Shown here piece after piece: positions 24,425-33,851 of a stretch of DNA of 64,000 nucleotides. The position numbers and the translations under genes were made by a program. Origin of the DNA: Alphaproteobacteria bacterium (GTDB taxonomy: Bacteria; Pseudomonadota; Alphaproteobacteria; MPNO01); NCBI GenBank assembly GCA_965248835.1, contig CBDFLJ010000001.1:416001-480000 (forward strand), given 5' to 3'. Every line of letters begins with the position of its first letter. Positions within the stretch are counted from its first letter, which is position 1. Under the pieces are notes generated by a model, which ran no database searches, was not told the DNA's origin, and saw only the letters and a program-made list of their open reading frames with translations.

Positions 24425-25354
24425 TCAGAGGTAGGGGTCGGCGTGGGCGAGAAAGCCGCCGACGTAACGCGCGACACCTTCCTCGAGCGGGGTGAACCGT
24501 GCCGTGTAGCCGGCGGCGCGCAGCCGGTCCAACACGGCCTGGGTGAAACACTGGTCGTCCTCGCCGCTGTACGAAAAGCCGGGTTCGGGCTCTTCGCCTT
24601 GCGCGCGGCCGACGGCGGCGACGACCTCGGCGGTGCTGCGCGCGACCCCGGTGCCCAGGTTGAACAGCCCGCTGACCTCCAGCGTGTCCAGCAGCCAAAG
24701 CATCACATCCACGCAATCGCCGACCCAGACGCGGTCGCGCCTCGACTCGGGCAGGCGCGTCCGGCCGCGCCATGCCCTGAGCGGCAGGCTCGGATCGGCA
24801 TCGCGGTGGTACTCGTTAGGCCCATAAGGGTCGAACAGCTTGAGGCCGGCCCATTGCGGCGGGCGCGGCGCGCCGGCGGTAATGGTCCGGGCGACCGCCC
24901 GATCGAACAGGTGCCGGGTCCAACCGCGCGCCGTGCTCGGCCGAAGGCGCGCCAGCGCGGCCTCGTCGATGTCGTCCTCGAAGCCCGCCTCGCCGTTGCC
25001 ATAGGTCTCCACGCTGGACGCATAGATCAGGCGCACGCCATGGGCCGCGCACCAGGCCCATAGGGTGGCCGCATTGTGATAGTTGCGCCGCAGCAGCTCA
25101 TCGACATCGTCGGCCTCGCCGTCGGCGTCCTCGGCCAGATGAAAGACCGCCTCGATCGGCGCGGCGGTCTCATCGAGGAAGGACATCAACCCCTCCGGCG
25201 CTATGATCGTAGCGATGTCGCGCTTGGCGATATTGCGCCATTTCACGCCGTTGCCCAGCCGGTCGCACACCACCAGCCCCGTGTGGCCACGGGCTTCCAA
25301 CCCGGCGATGAGGTTGGAGCCGACGAACCCGGCCCCACCGGTGACGACGATCAT
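24425..25354 (-). CDS. ADP-L-glycero-D-manno-heptose 6-epimerase (HldD/RfaD)-like protein with degenerate active site
   Basis: VTGGAGFVGSN, KWRNIAKR, IYASS..TYG, PPQWAGLK.F, YGPNEYH, FNLGTG, FTQA, LEEGV..YV are HldD-like; YxxxK is replaced by RGWTR. Confidence 0.75.
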   Translation of the reverse strand: MIVVTGGAGFVGSNLIAGLEARGHTGLVVCDRLGNGVKWRNIAKRDIATIIAPEGLMSFLDETAAPIEAVFHLAEDADGEADDVDELLRRNYHNAATLWAWCAAHGVRLIYASSVETYGNGEAGFEDDIDEAALARLRPSTARGWTRHLFDRAVARTITAGAPRPPQWAGLKLFDPYGPNEYHRDADPSLPLRAWRGRTRLPESRRDRVWVGDCVDVMLWLLDTLEVSGLFNLGTGVARSTAEVVAAVGRAQGEEPEPGFSYSGEDDQCFTQAVLDRLRAAGYTARFTPLEEGVARYVGGFLAHADPYL

Positions 25355-25458
25355 GCTGCCCCGCGCACGCTGACCGGCGTCCTTATAGGGGCGCACGAGC
25401 CGGACCGGCAAGCGGCAGTTGGATTGCCGGCGATCCGGATCCGAACCATAATGGCGCA

Positions 25459-25725
25459 ATGCGATCGAAGAACCGCCTTTTCGAGGATGCCGCACGCGTC
25501 GCCGAAGGCGCGCTGGGCACCATGGTCGGGCTGCGGCGCGAGGTCGAAGCCATGGTCCGGGCACAGTTCGAGCGCATGCTGGTCGGGATGGACCTGGTCA
25601 AGCGCGAGGAGTTCGAGGCGGTGCGCGAGATGGCCGCCAACGCGCGCGCCGAGCAGGAACGGCTGGCCGAGCGGCTCGCCGCACTCGAAGCGGCGCGGGA
25701 CGCCGGTCGCACGGGCGAGGGCTGA
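25459..25725 (+). CDS. ubiK: ubiquinone biosynthesis accessory factor UbiK/BMFP family
   Basis: MDLVKREEFEAVREMA..AR.E.E.L..RLAALE signature. Confidence 0.88.
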   Translation: MRSKNRLFEDAARVAEGALGTMVGLRREVEAMVRAQFERMLVGMDLVKREEFEAVREMAANARAEQERLAERLAALEAARDAGRTGEG

Positions 25726-25803
25726 CCGGCCCGGCGGACTCGCCGCAGACCCGGACTTATCCCCAGACGGCGGCCAAACCCGCCCGCCGGCCAGGCAAAA
25801 CCC

Positions 25804-25876
25804 TTGCAACGCCGAATCGGATCTGGCACGCTACATATTGTAGTCGTGGCGCCAGAGACTCCACAATATCTGGTCA
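25804..25876 (+). promoter_or_regulatory. candidate promoter of ybjN-proC with a GANTC site and tandem NrdR-box-like operators
   Basis: TTGCAA at 25804, CGAATCG in the spacer, boxes ACGCTACATATTGTAG (25828-25843) and CCACAATATCTGGTCA (25861-25876) match acaCwAtATaTwGtgt at the core positions. Confidence 0.6.
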
Positions 25877-25940
25877 TTTCCGCGAATTTGCGTCGCCGGT
25901 ATCGGGTGCGTTCGCGGCGGCGTTGCCCGGGATCAATCGC

Positions 25941-26444
25941 ATGGACATTGAATTGGAAAGCCACTACGAGGTCGGGGCGAATCCGCTCGACCTGATGGAG
26001 GAGTTGGCTTCGGCCAACGAGTGGCGGTTCGACCGGTCCGGCCCGCAGGACCTTTCGCTGGAGGCCGCCGGACACTGGTGCGATTACCGGATTTTCATGA
26101 CTTGGCATCCCGATGTCCGCGCATTGCTGTATGCCTGCGCCTACGAATTGCGGGTTCCGGAGCAGCTACGCTCGCGGGTGGCGGTGCTGATCGCCATGGT
26201 CAACGAACGTCTGATCATCGGCCATTTCGACCTGTGGATCGGCGACGGGCTGGTCGTTTACCGGCATGCGCTGCTGCTGCGCGGGATCTCCGCGGCAAGC
26301 GTCGAGCAGCTCGAGGACCTGGTCGACATATCGCTCAATGAATGCGAACGTTTCTACCCGGCCTTTCAGTTCGTCATCTGGGGCGGCAAGGAGCCGGCGG
26401 AGGCCATCGAAGCCGCGATCCTGGAAACCAGCGGCGAGGCCTGA
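25941..26444 (+). CDS. YbjN domain-containing protein
   Basis: NPLDLME, G.WCDY, NERL.IGHFDLW, CERFYPAFQFVIWGGK, C-terminal ET.GEA; conserved upstream of proC in alphaproteobacteria. Confidence 0.88.
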   Translation: MDIELESHYEVGANPLDLMEELASANEWRFDRSGPQDLSLEAAGHWCDYRIFMTWHPDVRALLYACAYELRVPEQLRSRVAVLIAMVNERLIIGHFDLWIGDGLVVYRHALLLRGISAASVEQLEDLVDISLNECERFYPAFQFVIWGGKEPAEAIEAAILETSGEA

Positions 26445-26459
26445 ACGGAGGGAGGCCGC

Positions 26460-27275
26460 ATGGGCGAACGTCTGCTTCTGGTCGGCTGCGGCAAGATGGG
26501 CGGCGCGATGCTGTCCGGCTGGATGGAACGGGGCCGCGCGGCGGAGGACATCGTCGTGGTCGAGCCGGCCGCGGCCGCGGCCGCGGCGACCCGTTCACGC
26601 CACGGGGTGCGCGTGCTGGCCGATGCTGGAGCGATTGCGGACGATCAGCCACCGTCCGTCGTCGTCTTTGCGGTCAAGCCGCAAGGCCTGCCCGAAATCG
26701 CGCCGGCTTATGCCCCGCTTGCCGGCGCCGACACGGTATTTCTTTCGATCGCCGCCGGCAGGCCGTCGGGTTTCTTCGAGGCGGCACTCGGCGAGAACGC
26801 GGCCGTGGTGCGCAGTATGCCCAACACCCCGGCCGCGGTCGGGCGTGGGATCACCGCCGCCTACGCCAACCGCAAGGTCAGCCCGGCGCAGCGGAGCCTG
26901 TGCCAGGGGCTGCTGGAAGCCGTCGGCGAGGTCGTCTGGCTCGACGACGAGGAGTTGATGGATGCGGTCACCGCGGTCTCGGGCAGCGGGCCGGCCTATG
27001 TGTTTTTGCTGATCGAAAGCCTTACCGAGGCCGGAATCGCCGAGGGCCTGCCGGCCGAGATCGCCGCCAGGCTGGCGCGGGCGACGGTCGCCGGCTCGGG
27101 CGAACTCGCCCGGCAATCGAGCGAGGAAGCCGCCCAGCTTCGCATCAACGTCACCAGCCCGGGCGGCACGACCGAGGCCGCGCTCGGCGTCCTGATGGCC
27201 GGCGACGGTCTTGGACCGCTGATGCGCCGGGCTGTCGAGGCGGCCGCGCGCCGTTCGCGCGAGCTCGCCGGGTAG
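26460..27275 (+). CDS. proC: pyrroline-5-carboxylate reductase
   Basis: GCGKMG, AVKPQ, SIAAG, MPNTPA, TAVSGSGPAY, VTSPGGTT. Confidence 0.97.
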   Translation: MGERLLLVGCGKMGGAMLSGWMERGRAAEDIVVVEPAAAAAAATRSRHGVRVLADAGAIADDQPPSVVVFAVKPQGLPEIAPAYAPLAGADTVFLSIAAGRPSGFFEAALGENAAVVRSMPNTPAAVGRGITAAYANRKVSPAQRSLCQGLLEAVGEVVWLDDEELMDAVTAVSGSGPAYVFLLIESLTEAGIAEGLPAEIAARLARATVAGSGELARQSSEEAAQLRINVTSPGGTTEAALGVLMAGDGLGPLMRRAVEAAARRSRELAG

Positions 27276-27345
27276 GCCGCTGCCGTCGATCCCGATGGCG
27301 TAGCGTTTCGGTCGTGAAGGCTCCAGCAGCTTCCTCGGGTCGGGA

Positions 27346-28587
27346 TTACGCGACGGCGCTTTCGAAGACGCCATTGCGCATTACCCCGACACACGGGTTG
27401 ACGCCGAACCAGTAGCACAGCTCGGCCGGCTGCTCGATGTCCCAGAACGCCAAGTCGGCGCGCTTGCCGATCTCGATCGTGCCGCGGTCCGCAGCCATGC
27501 CAAGGGCGCGCGCGGCAACGCGGGTCACCCCGGCCAGCGCCTCCTCCGGCGTCAGCCGGAATATGGTGCAGGCCATGTTGAGCATCAGCAGCAGCGACGG
27601 CGTGGGCGAGGACCCCGGGTTGAAGTCGGTCGCGACCGCGATTTCCACGCCGCGGCTGCGCAGCGCCTCGATCGGCGGCATCCTGGTCTCGCGCAGGGTG
27701 TAGAAGGCTCCGGGCAGAAGGACGGCGACGGTCCCGGCGTCGGCCATGGCGGCGACTCCCTCCTCGGAGGTGTATTCCAGATGATCGGCCGACAGCGCGC
27801 CATAGCGGGCGGCAAGCGCCGCCCCACCCAGGTCGGAGAGCTGGTCGGCGTGCAGCTTGACCCTGAGGTCGTGATCGCGCGCCGCGGCGAAGACCCGCTC
27901 GGTCTGCCGGGGGGTGAAGCCGATGGTCTCGCAGAACGCATCCAACGCATCGGCAAGCCCCGCCTTGGCGACCGCCGGCAGCATGTCGCCGATCACCAGT
28001 TTGATATAGTCGTCCTGGCGTCCGTTATATTCCGGCGGCAGGGCATGGGCGCCAAGGAAGGTCGTGGCCACGCTGACCGGCAGCGCCTCGCCGAGCCGGC
28101 GCGCCACCCGAAGCTGCTTGAGTTCGCTCGCCCTTTCAAGCCCGTAGCCGGACTTGATCTCGACGGTGGTCACCCCCTCTTTTATCAGATGACGCAGCCG
28201 CGGCAGGGCGGCCTCGAACAGCGCCTCGTCGTCCGCCTCCCTCGTCGCCCGCATGGTCGAGACGATGCCGCCGCCGGCCTGGGCGATCTGCTCATAGCTC
28301 GCTCCGTTGAGCCGCATCTCGAACTCGCCGGCGCGGTTGCCGCCGAAAACCAGGTGGGTGTGGCAGTCGACCAGCCCCGGGGTCACCCAGCGCCCGTCGG
28401 TACGATGCACCTCATGCGCGCAGGTTTCCGGCGGGCCGGGCAAGGCGGACGGCGCGCCGACCCAGGCAATTCGGCCGCCCTTGACCGCGACCGCCGCATC
28501 GGTGACCGCGCCATAGGGCTCGCCGCCCGGCACCATCGTCGCGATATTGACGTTGATCCAAAGACTGTCCCAGATCTCGTTCGCCAT
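27346..28587 (-). CDS. hutI: imidazolonepropionase
   Basis: [56 protein letters not shown]. Confidence 0.97.
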   Translation of the reverse strand: MANEIWDSLWINVNIATMVPGGEPYGAVTDAAVAVKGGRIAWVGAPSALPGPPETCAHEVHRTDGRWVTPGLVDCHTHLVFGGNRAGEFEMRLNGASYEQIAQAGGGIVSTMRATREADDEALFEAALPRLRHLIKEGVTTVEIKSGYGLERASELKQLRVARRLGEALPVSVATTFLGAHALPPEYNGRQDDYIKLVIGDMLPAVAKAGLADALDAFCETIGFTPRQTERVFAAARDHDLRVKLHADQLSDLGGAALAARYGALSADHLEYTSEEGVAAMADAGTVAVLLPGAFYTLRETRMPPIEALRSRGVEIAVATDFNPGSSPTPSLLLMLNMACTIFRLTPEEALAGVTRVAARALGMAADRGTIEIGKRADLAFWDIEQPAELCYWFGVNPCVGVMRNGVFESAVA

Positions 28588-28645
28588 TATTCAACTCCCC
28601 CTGCGGCAACGAGATTACCCGAAACGGCGCGGCTTGGCAGGCCTG

Positions 28646-28666
28646 GAGCACGTTCCGAACATGCTC
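28646..28666. repeat. near-perfect palindrome between divergent hutI and hutG
   Basis: GAGCACGTTC-C-GAACATGCTC, 10-bp arms with one mismatch. Confidence 0.6.
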
Positions 28667-28852
28667 TGGCACCACCGCTGCGCTGCAGCTAGGCTGCGGC
28701 CATCCACCCCGAGATGCTCGCAGGGGCAATCGATGAGCGGCCCGACCCTGCTCGACGACAGATGAAAATCCTCGACCCGAAGTCGCGGATGAGCCGACGG
28801 TCCATGGCGGGATCGGCGGGATGGCTGGCGCCTGGATGATCGGAGGCGCGCG

Positions 28853-29647
28853 ATGACCGAGCCGGTCTATGCGTTCTCCGCCGGCACGGCGCCCGTCCTG
28901 GTCAGCATCCCCCACGACGGCCGCCTGATCCCGCCGGAAATCGGCGGCCGCATGACCGGGGAAGCGCTGCGCATTCCCGATACCGACTGGCATGTCGGCC
29001 GGCTATACGATTTCGCCGGCATGATGGGCGCTTCGGTGCTGGCCGCGCGCTATTCGCGTTATGTCGTGGACCTCAACCGCAACCCCGCAGGCGAGGCGCT
29101 CTATCCCGGTGCGGACAATACCGAGATCGTGCCGTCCAGCACCTTTGACCGCGCGCCGATCTACCGCGCCGGCGAGGCGCCGGACGAGGCCGAGATCGCC
29201 GTGCGGGTGCGGGACTACTGGCAGCCCTACCACGACCGGCTCGGTACGGAGATCGCGGCGCTGAAGGACCGTTACGGGCGCGCCGTGGTCTTCGATGCTC
29301 ATTCGATCCGGTCGGTGGTGCCTCGGTTCTTCGAGGGCACGCTGCCGGATTTCAACTTCGGCACGGCATCGGGGGCCAGCGCCGATGCGGGACTGGCTGC
29401 GCGCGCGTTCGCGGTCCTGGATGCGGCTGCGGGCTACACGGCGGCCGACAACGGCCGGTTCACCGGCGGCTACATCACCCGGCGTTACGGCGCGCCAGAA
29501 GACGGCGTGCACGCGATCCAGCTCGAGCTGTCGCAGCGCACCTACATGGACGAGATCTATCCGTTCGACTACCGGCCCGATCTAGCCGGCACGGTGCAAC
29601 CGATCCTGCGCGACCTGCTGGCGGCGATTCTCGAATGGGCGGGATAA
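28853..29647 (+). CDS. hutG: N-formylglutamate deformylase
   Basis: SIPHDG, DTDWHV..LY, SRYVVDLNR, YWQPYH, DAHSIRS, NGRF.GGYITR.YG, HAIQLEL. Confidence 0.95.
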   Translation: MTEPVYAFSAGTAPVLVSIPHDGRLIPPEIGGRMTGEALRIPDTDWHVGRLYDFAGMMGASVLAARYSRYVVDLNRNPAGEALYPGADNTEIVPSSTFDRAPIYRAGEAPDEAEIAVRVRDYWQPYHDRLGTEIAALKDRYGRAVVFDAHSIRSVVPRFFEGTLPDFNFGTASGASADAGLAARAFAVLDAAAGYTAADNGRFTGGYITRRYGAPEDGVHAIQLELSQRTYMDEIYPFDYRPDLAGTVQPILRDLLAAILEWAG

Positions 29648-31008
29648 ACCGGAGCCTGACCTTCGCGCACCTGTCCACGCCCGACGGCTGGCTGTCGCCC
29701 GGCCGGGTGGATATCGAAGACGACGGAACGATCGCCGCGGTCGCGGCCGGCGATGCCGCGTTTGCGTTGCCCGGCACCGCGCTTGCCGGGATGCCCAACC
29801 TGCACAGTCACGCCTTTCAGCGGGCGATGGCTGGGCTCACCGAGCGGGCCGGCCCCGGCGAGGACAGCTTCTGGACTTGGCGCGAGGTGATGTACGGCTT
29901 CGTCGGCCGCCTCGAGCCCGAGGATGTCGAGGCGATCGCCGCACAGCTCTATGTCGAGATGCTCAAGGCCGGCTATACCGCGGTCGGCGAGTTCCACTAT
30001 CTCCACCACGACCGCGACGGCACGCCCTACGGCGATGTCGCGGAGATGGCCGGGCGCGTAACCGCCGCCGCGCGGCGCGCGGGGATCGCGATCACGCTGT
30101 TGCCGGTGCTCTACGATTCGGGTGGATTCGGCGGGGCGCCGCCGGCCGGGGAACAGCGCCGGTTCCTCAACGGTGCCGATCGGCTGCTGCGGATCATCGA
30201 GACCATGACGGAGCGCCACCGGACCGATGCCGAGGTGCGCGTCGGGCTCGCACCCCATAGCCTGCGCGCGGCGAGCCCTGCGGCGCTGGAGACCGCGATC
30301 GCGGGACTCGATGGCCTTGACCCGTCCGCGCCGATCCACATCCACATCGCCGAACAGACCAGGGAGGTCGAGGATTGCCTTGCGTGGTCGGGCAAGCGCC
30401 CCGTCGCCTGGCTGTTCGACAACCATCCCATCGGCCCGCGCTGGTGCCTGGTCCATGCTACCCACATCGATCCGGACGAGAGGCGCGCGCTGTCCGGAAG
30501 CGGCGCGGTCGCCGGCCTGTGTCCCACGACGGAGGCCAATCTCGGCGACGGCATCTTCCCGCTCCAGGCGTTCCTTGCCGATGGCGGCCGATTCGGCGTC
30601 GGCTCGGACAGCCACGTCTCGGTCAGCCCGGTCGAGGAGCTGCGCTGGCTCGAATACGCTCAGCGCCTGACCACGCGCCGCCGGACCGTAAGCGCACCGC
30701 CGGAAGGCTCGAACGGTGCGCGGCTCTATCATGAGGCGATATCGGCCGGCGCCCAGGCGCTGGGGCGTCGCGCCGGGGGCATCGCGCCGGGCAACCGCGC
30801 GGACATCATCGTCCTCGACCACGCCCACCCGCTGCTCGTCGGCAGAACCGGTGATCGATTGCTCGACAGCTACCTGTTCGCCGGCAACGAAAACCTGGTC
30901 CGCGACGTCATGGTCGGCGGCCGCTGGGTGGTGCGTGAGGGCCGGCACGAGAACGAGCAGCCGATCGCGCAAGCCTATCGCCGGGTGATTTCCCGGCTCT
31001 TCGGCTGA
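29635..31008 (+). CDS. hutF: formimidoylglutamate deiminase
   Basis: NLHSHAFQRAMAGL.E, FWTWR, EFHYLHH, APHSLRA, HIHIAEQ..EV, CPTTEANLGDG, GSDSH. Confidence 0.96.
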   Translation: MGGINRSLTFAHLSTPDGWLSPGRVDIEDDGTIAAVAAGDAAFALPGTALAGMPNLHSHAFQRAMAGLTERAGPGEDSFWTWREVMYGFVGRLEPEDVEAIAAQLYVEMLKAGYTAVGEFHYLHHDRDGTPYGDVAEMAGRVTAAARRAGIAITLLPVLYDSGGFGGAPPAGEQRRFLNGADRLLRIIETMTERHRTDAEVRVGLAPHSLRAASPAALETAIAGLDGLDPSAPIHIHIAEQTREVEDCLAWSGKRPVAWLFDNHPIGPRWCLVHATHIDPDERRALSGSGAVAGLCPTTEANLGDGIFPLQAFLADGGRFGVGSDSHVSVSPVEELRWLEYAQRLTTRRRTVSAPPEGSNGARLYHEAISAGAQALGRRAGGIAPGNRADIIVLDHAHPLLVGRTGDRLLDSYLFAGNENLVRDVMVGGRWVVREGRHENEQPIAQAYRRVISRLFG

Positions 31009-31146
31009 GAATCGATCAAGGATGCCCCGCCGGCAGTGTTGCAGAAGGGCTGGTGTCAGCGACAGTGCTCCAAAACGGGCTTGTCGAGGGAATTGATTGG
31101 CGGCATAAAGGTCACCTCAATGCAACAACGGAAAGGAGGTGATCCA

Positions 31147-31218
31147 GTGTCTCATTGTCGCCAACCGCGGACGCGGGTGACCTGGGTCTCCACCTATCGG
31201 GGGCCGTCCGTCGCCTGA
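31147..31218 (+). CDS. 23-aa small ORF MSHCRQPRTRVTWVSTYRGPSVA
   Basis: GTG directly after GAAAGGAGGTGATCCA, a maximal Shine-Dalgarno; TGA at 31216-31218. Confidence 0.55.
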   Translation: MSHCRQPRTRVTWVSTYRGPSVA

Positions 31219-31258
31219 TGCGACGCTCGCGGACACTGCGTTCCGCGGTTAGACAATG

Positions 31259-31288
31259 TAAGGGCCGCCCGGTTACGGGCGGCCCTTA
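31259..31288. terminator. intrinsic (probably bidirectional) terminator hairpin
   Basis: perfect TAAGGGCCGCCCG-GTTA-CGGGCGGCCCTTA between the sORF unit (+) and the convergent cupin-like gene (-). Confidence 0.8.
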
Positions 31289-31293
31289 TCATT

Positions 31294-32139
31294 TCAGGCC
31301 GCGGCCTTGGCCGCGATCATCGGCAGGGTGATGACCAGCAGCTCGGTGTCGGTTTCGGCGGCGAAGGTGAAGGTCTCGCCGGGGTCGAGCCGGATGGCGG
31401 TGTAGCGGCGGTAACCATCGCCCTCGCCTTGGGTGACGAAGATCAGCCTGCGGTCGGGCGAGGCGGAAAACGTCTCCGACGCCCCACGATCGATTGCGAA
31501 CTGGTCGAGCGCCATGCCGCGCTCCGAAAAACTGCCGAGCGGCTTGCCGCGGACACTGCTTTGGCCCGCGAGCGCCGACCAGGCGAAGTTCTGCGGCTGC
31601 ATCACCACCGGGCCCTTGAACCGCGGCGCGGGGTAGGCGACGGGTTTGCCCATCACTTTCTGCCAGATCGCCTCGTAGCCGTCCTGGTTGCGCCGTCCCT
31701 CGCCCGAACCGTTGCGGCGGAAGACACCGCCCTCGAAAGTCCCTTCGGCCTCAAGCGCGCCGTGGCCGGCCTTGACCTGTGAGCGGCTGAGATAGCCCTG
31801 GCCGCTCGCCCCGCCGAATTGGAGGACCAGGACCAGCCGGTCGCTGTCACCTTCCTGCGGACCGTAATGGACGCCCTCGGGGAAATAGCCCACCTCGCCG
31901 GCATCGATGGTCAGCCGCGGGGCGATCGGTACGCTGCCCTCGATGCAGAACCGCACCTGGTCCCACGGATGGCGGTGGCGCGGGGAGAAGAAGGACGCGC
32001 TCTCGCGCGAGAGCACCAGGCTGAAGTTGTCAGGGCTCATCGGCTCGCCGTCGAGCAGATACTTGAAGGCGATCTGGCCGACGCGGTGGGGCAGCGGGTT
32101 CTCGTCATAGCTCAGGTCGTCGACGTGGCTGATTTGCAT
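31294..32139 (-). CDS. cupin-like hypothetical protein
   Basis: SPRHRHPWDQVRF and GYFPEGVHYGPQ resemble cupin motifs 1 and 2; start ATG 32139 with GAGGAG upstream. Confidence 0.65.
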   Translation of the reverse strand: MQISHVDDLSYDENPLPHRVGQIAFKYLLDGEPMSPDNFSLVLSRESASFFSPRHRHPWDQVRFCIEGSVPIAPRLTIDAGEVGYFPEGVHYGPQEGDSDRLVLVLQFGGASGQGYLSRSQVKAGHGALEAEGTFEGGVFRRNGSGEGRRNQDGYEAIWQKVMGKPVAYPAPRFKGPVVMQPQNFAWSALAGQSSVRGKPLGSFSERGMALDQFAIDRGASETFSASPDRRLIFVTQGEGDGYRRYTAIRLDPGETFTFAAETDTELLVITLPMIAAKAAA

Positions 32140-32216
32140 CCCGGTCGCTCCTCGCGGCATCTTCGGCCCGCATGATAGTAGGGCCGCCGTCGGATAGGTA
32201 GTGGGATGGGCATGGA

Positions 32217-33851
32217 ATGAAGGACGGGAAGACATACGACTACATCATCGTGGGTGCGGGCTCGGCCGGGTGCGTGCTGGCGGGGCGGCTGGGCGAGGAC
32301 CCCGATCTCCGCATCCTGCTGCTGGAAGCAGGCCCGCGCGACACCGACCCCTTGATCCACATCCCGATCGGCATCGGCCGGTTGCACGCCGAGCGCCGGC
32401 ACGACTGGGGCTTCGACACCGAGCCCGAGGAAGCGCTGGGCGGGCGGGTGATCGAGGCCATGCGCGGCAAGGTGCTTGGCGGTTCCTCGTCGATCAACGT
32501 GATGGCCTATGTCCGGGGCAACCGGGGCGATTACGACCGCTGGGCCCAGAAGGGCTGCATCGGCTGGTCCTACGCCGACATCCTGCCCTATTTCCGCCGG
32601 TCCGAGACCTGGGAGAAGGGGGCGGACGCCTACCGCGGCGGCGCGGGACCGCTAGGGGTGGTGCCCTCGCGCACTCGGGACCCGCTGTTCTCCGACTGGA
32701 TCGAGGCCGGAAAATCCGCCGGCTTCGGGTTCACCGAGGACTATAACGGCGCCAAGCAGGAGGGGATGGGCCGCAGCCAGTGGACGATCCGCAACGGCCG
32801 GCGGTGCAGCGCCGCGGTGGCCTTCCTGCGCCCCGCGCTGCGGCGCGGCAACCTCACCGTCGAGACCGGAGCGCTGGTCCACCGGGTGATCATGGACGGC
32901 ACCCGGGCCGGCGGCGTGATCTATTCCCACAACGGAAGCGAGGTCCGCGCCCACGCCGATCGCGAGGTGATCCTGGCCGGCGGTGCGTTCAACTCACCCC
33001 AACTCCTGATGCTCTCGGGCATCGGCCCGGCCGATCATCTGCGCGAGCACGGAATCGCGGTCACGCTCGACCTGCCGGGAGTCGGCGCCAACCTCCAGGA
33101 CCACCTTGCGGTGATGGTCTCGGTCGAGCGCACCGCGCCGGGCCATTTCCACGCCAGCATGCGCTACGACAAGCTGGCGGTGAACCTGCCGCGCGCCTAT
33201 GTCGCTGGGACCGGCCCGGCGACCTGGCTTCCCAACGGGCTGCACGGATTCGTCAAGACGCGGCCAGAACTTGCCGTGCCCGACATCCAGTTCATCACCC
33301 GCGGCACCGCAGCCGATGCCCACCCCTGGTTCCCCGGGATCAGGCCGCCCTATGCCGACAGCTTCGGGATGCGGCCGGTGCTGCTCCACCCCGACAGCCG
33401 CGGGACGATCCGTCTGGGCTCGGCCGATCCGCGTGCGCCGATGCGGATCGGCCAGAACTTCTTTTCCGTCAAGGAGGATTTGGAGACCCTGCGCGGCGGC
33501 TTCAAAGCGGTCCGCGAAGTGCTCTCCCGGTCGCCTCTCGCCCACCACACCAAGGCCGAGATCCAGCCGGGTCCCGGCGTCAGGACCGACGACGAGATCG
33601 ATGACTGGATCCGCCGGACTGCGATCACGGCACACCACCCGGCGGGATCCTGCCGAATGGGCATCGATGAAGGCGCGGTGCTTGATACCGAACTCCGCGT
33701 GCGCGGCGCCGAATCCCTGCGCGTGGTCGATGCTTCGGCCATGCCCGACCTTGTTTCGGGCAACATCAATGCCTGCGTCCTGATGATGGCCGAGAAGGCC
33801 GCCGACATGATCGCCGGGCGGGTGCCGCCGACGCGGGCAATCGAGGCCTGA
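32217..33851 (+). CDS. GMC family FAD oxidoreductase (choline/4-pyridoxate dehydrogenase-like)
   Basis: GAGSAGCVLA, RGKVLGGSSSIN.M.YVRG, SPQLLMLSGIG, NLQDH, HHPAGSCRMG, SGNINA. Confidence 0.93.
   Translation: MKDGKTYDYIIVGAGSAGCVLAGRLGEDPDLRILLLEAGPRDTDPLIHIPIGIGRLHAERRHDWGFDTEPEEALGGRVIEAMRGKVLGGSSSINVMAYVRGNRGDYDRWAQKGCIGWSYADILPYFRRSETWEKGADAYRGGAGPLGVVPSRTRDPLFSDWIEAGKSAGFGFTEDYNGAKQEGMGRSQWTIRNGRRCSAAVAFLRPALRRGNLTVETGALVHRVIMDGTRAGGVIYSHNGSEVRAHADREVILAGGAFNSPQLLMLSGIGPADHLREHGIAVTLDLPGVGANLQDHLAVMVSVERTAPGHFHASMRYDKLAVNLPRAYVAGTGPATWLPNGLHGFVKTRPELAVPDIQFITRGTAADAHPWFPGIRPPYADSFGMRPVLLHPDSRGTIRLGSADPRAPMRIGQNFFSVKEDLETLRGGFKAVREVLSRSPLAHHTKAEIQPGPGVRTDDEIDDWIRRTAITAHHPAGSCRMGIDEGAVLDTELRVRGAESLRVVDASAMPDLVSGNINACVLMMAEKAADMIAGRVPPTRAIEA

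Larger units (their letters stand above)
31105..31292 (+). ncRNA. candidate structured small RNA / sORF transcript
   Basis: 17-nt extended SD (31131-31147), anti-SD GGTCACCTC (31110-31118), long stem 31153-31174 with 31238-31258, internal hairpin 31209-31225, terminal 13-bp hairpin; 5' end approximate. Confidence 0.55.

Noticed and set aside
31131-31147. 16S rRNA gene fragment on the minus strand
   Set aside because: Only 17 nt match the 16S tail and the flanks are not rRNA-like; it sits exactly as an RBS before a GTG
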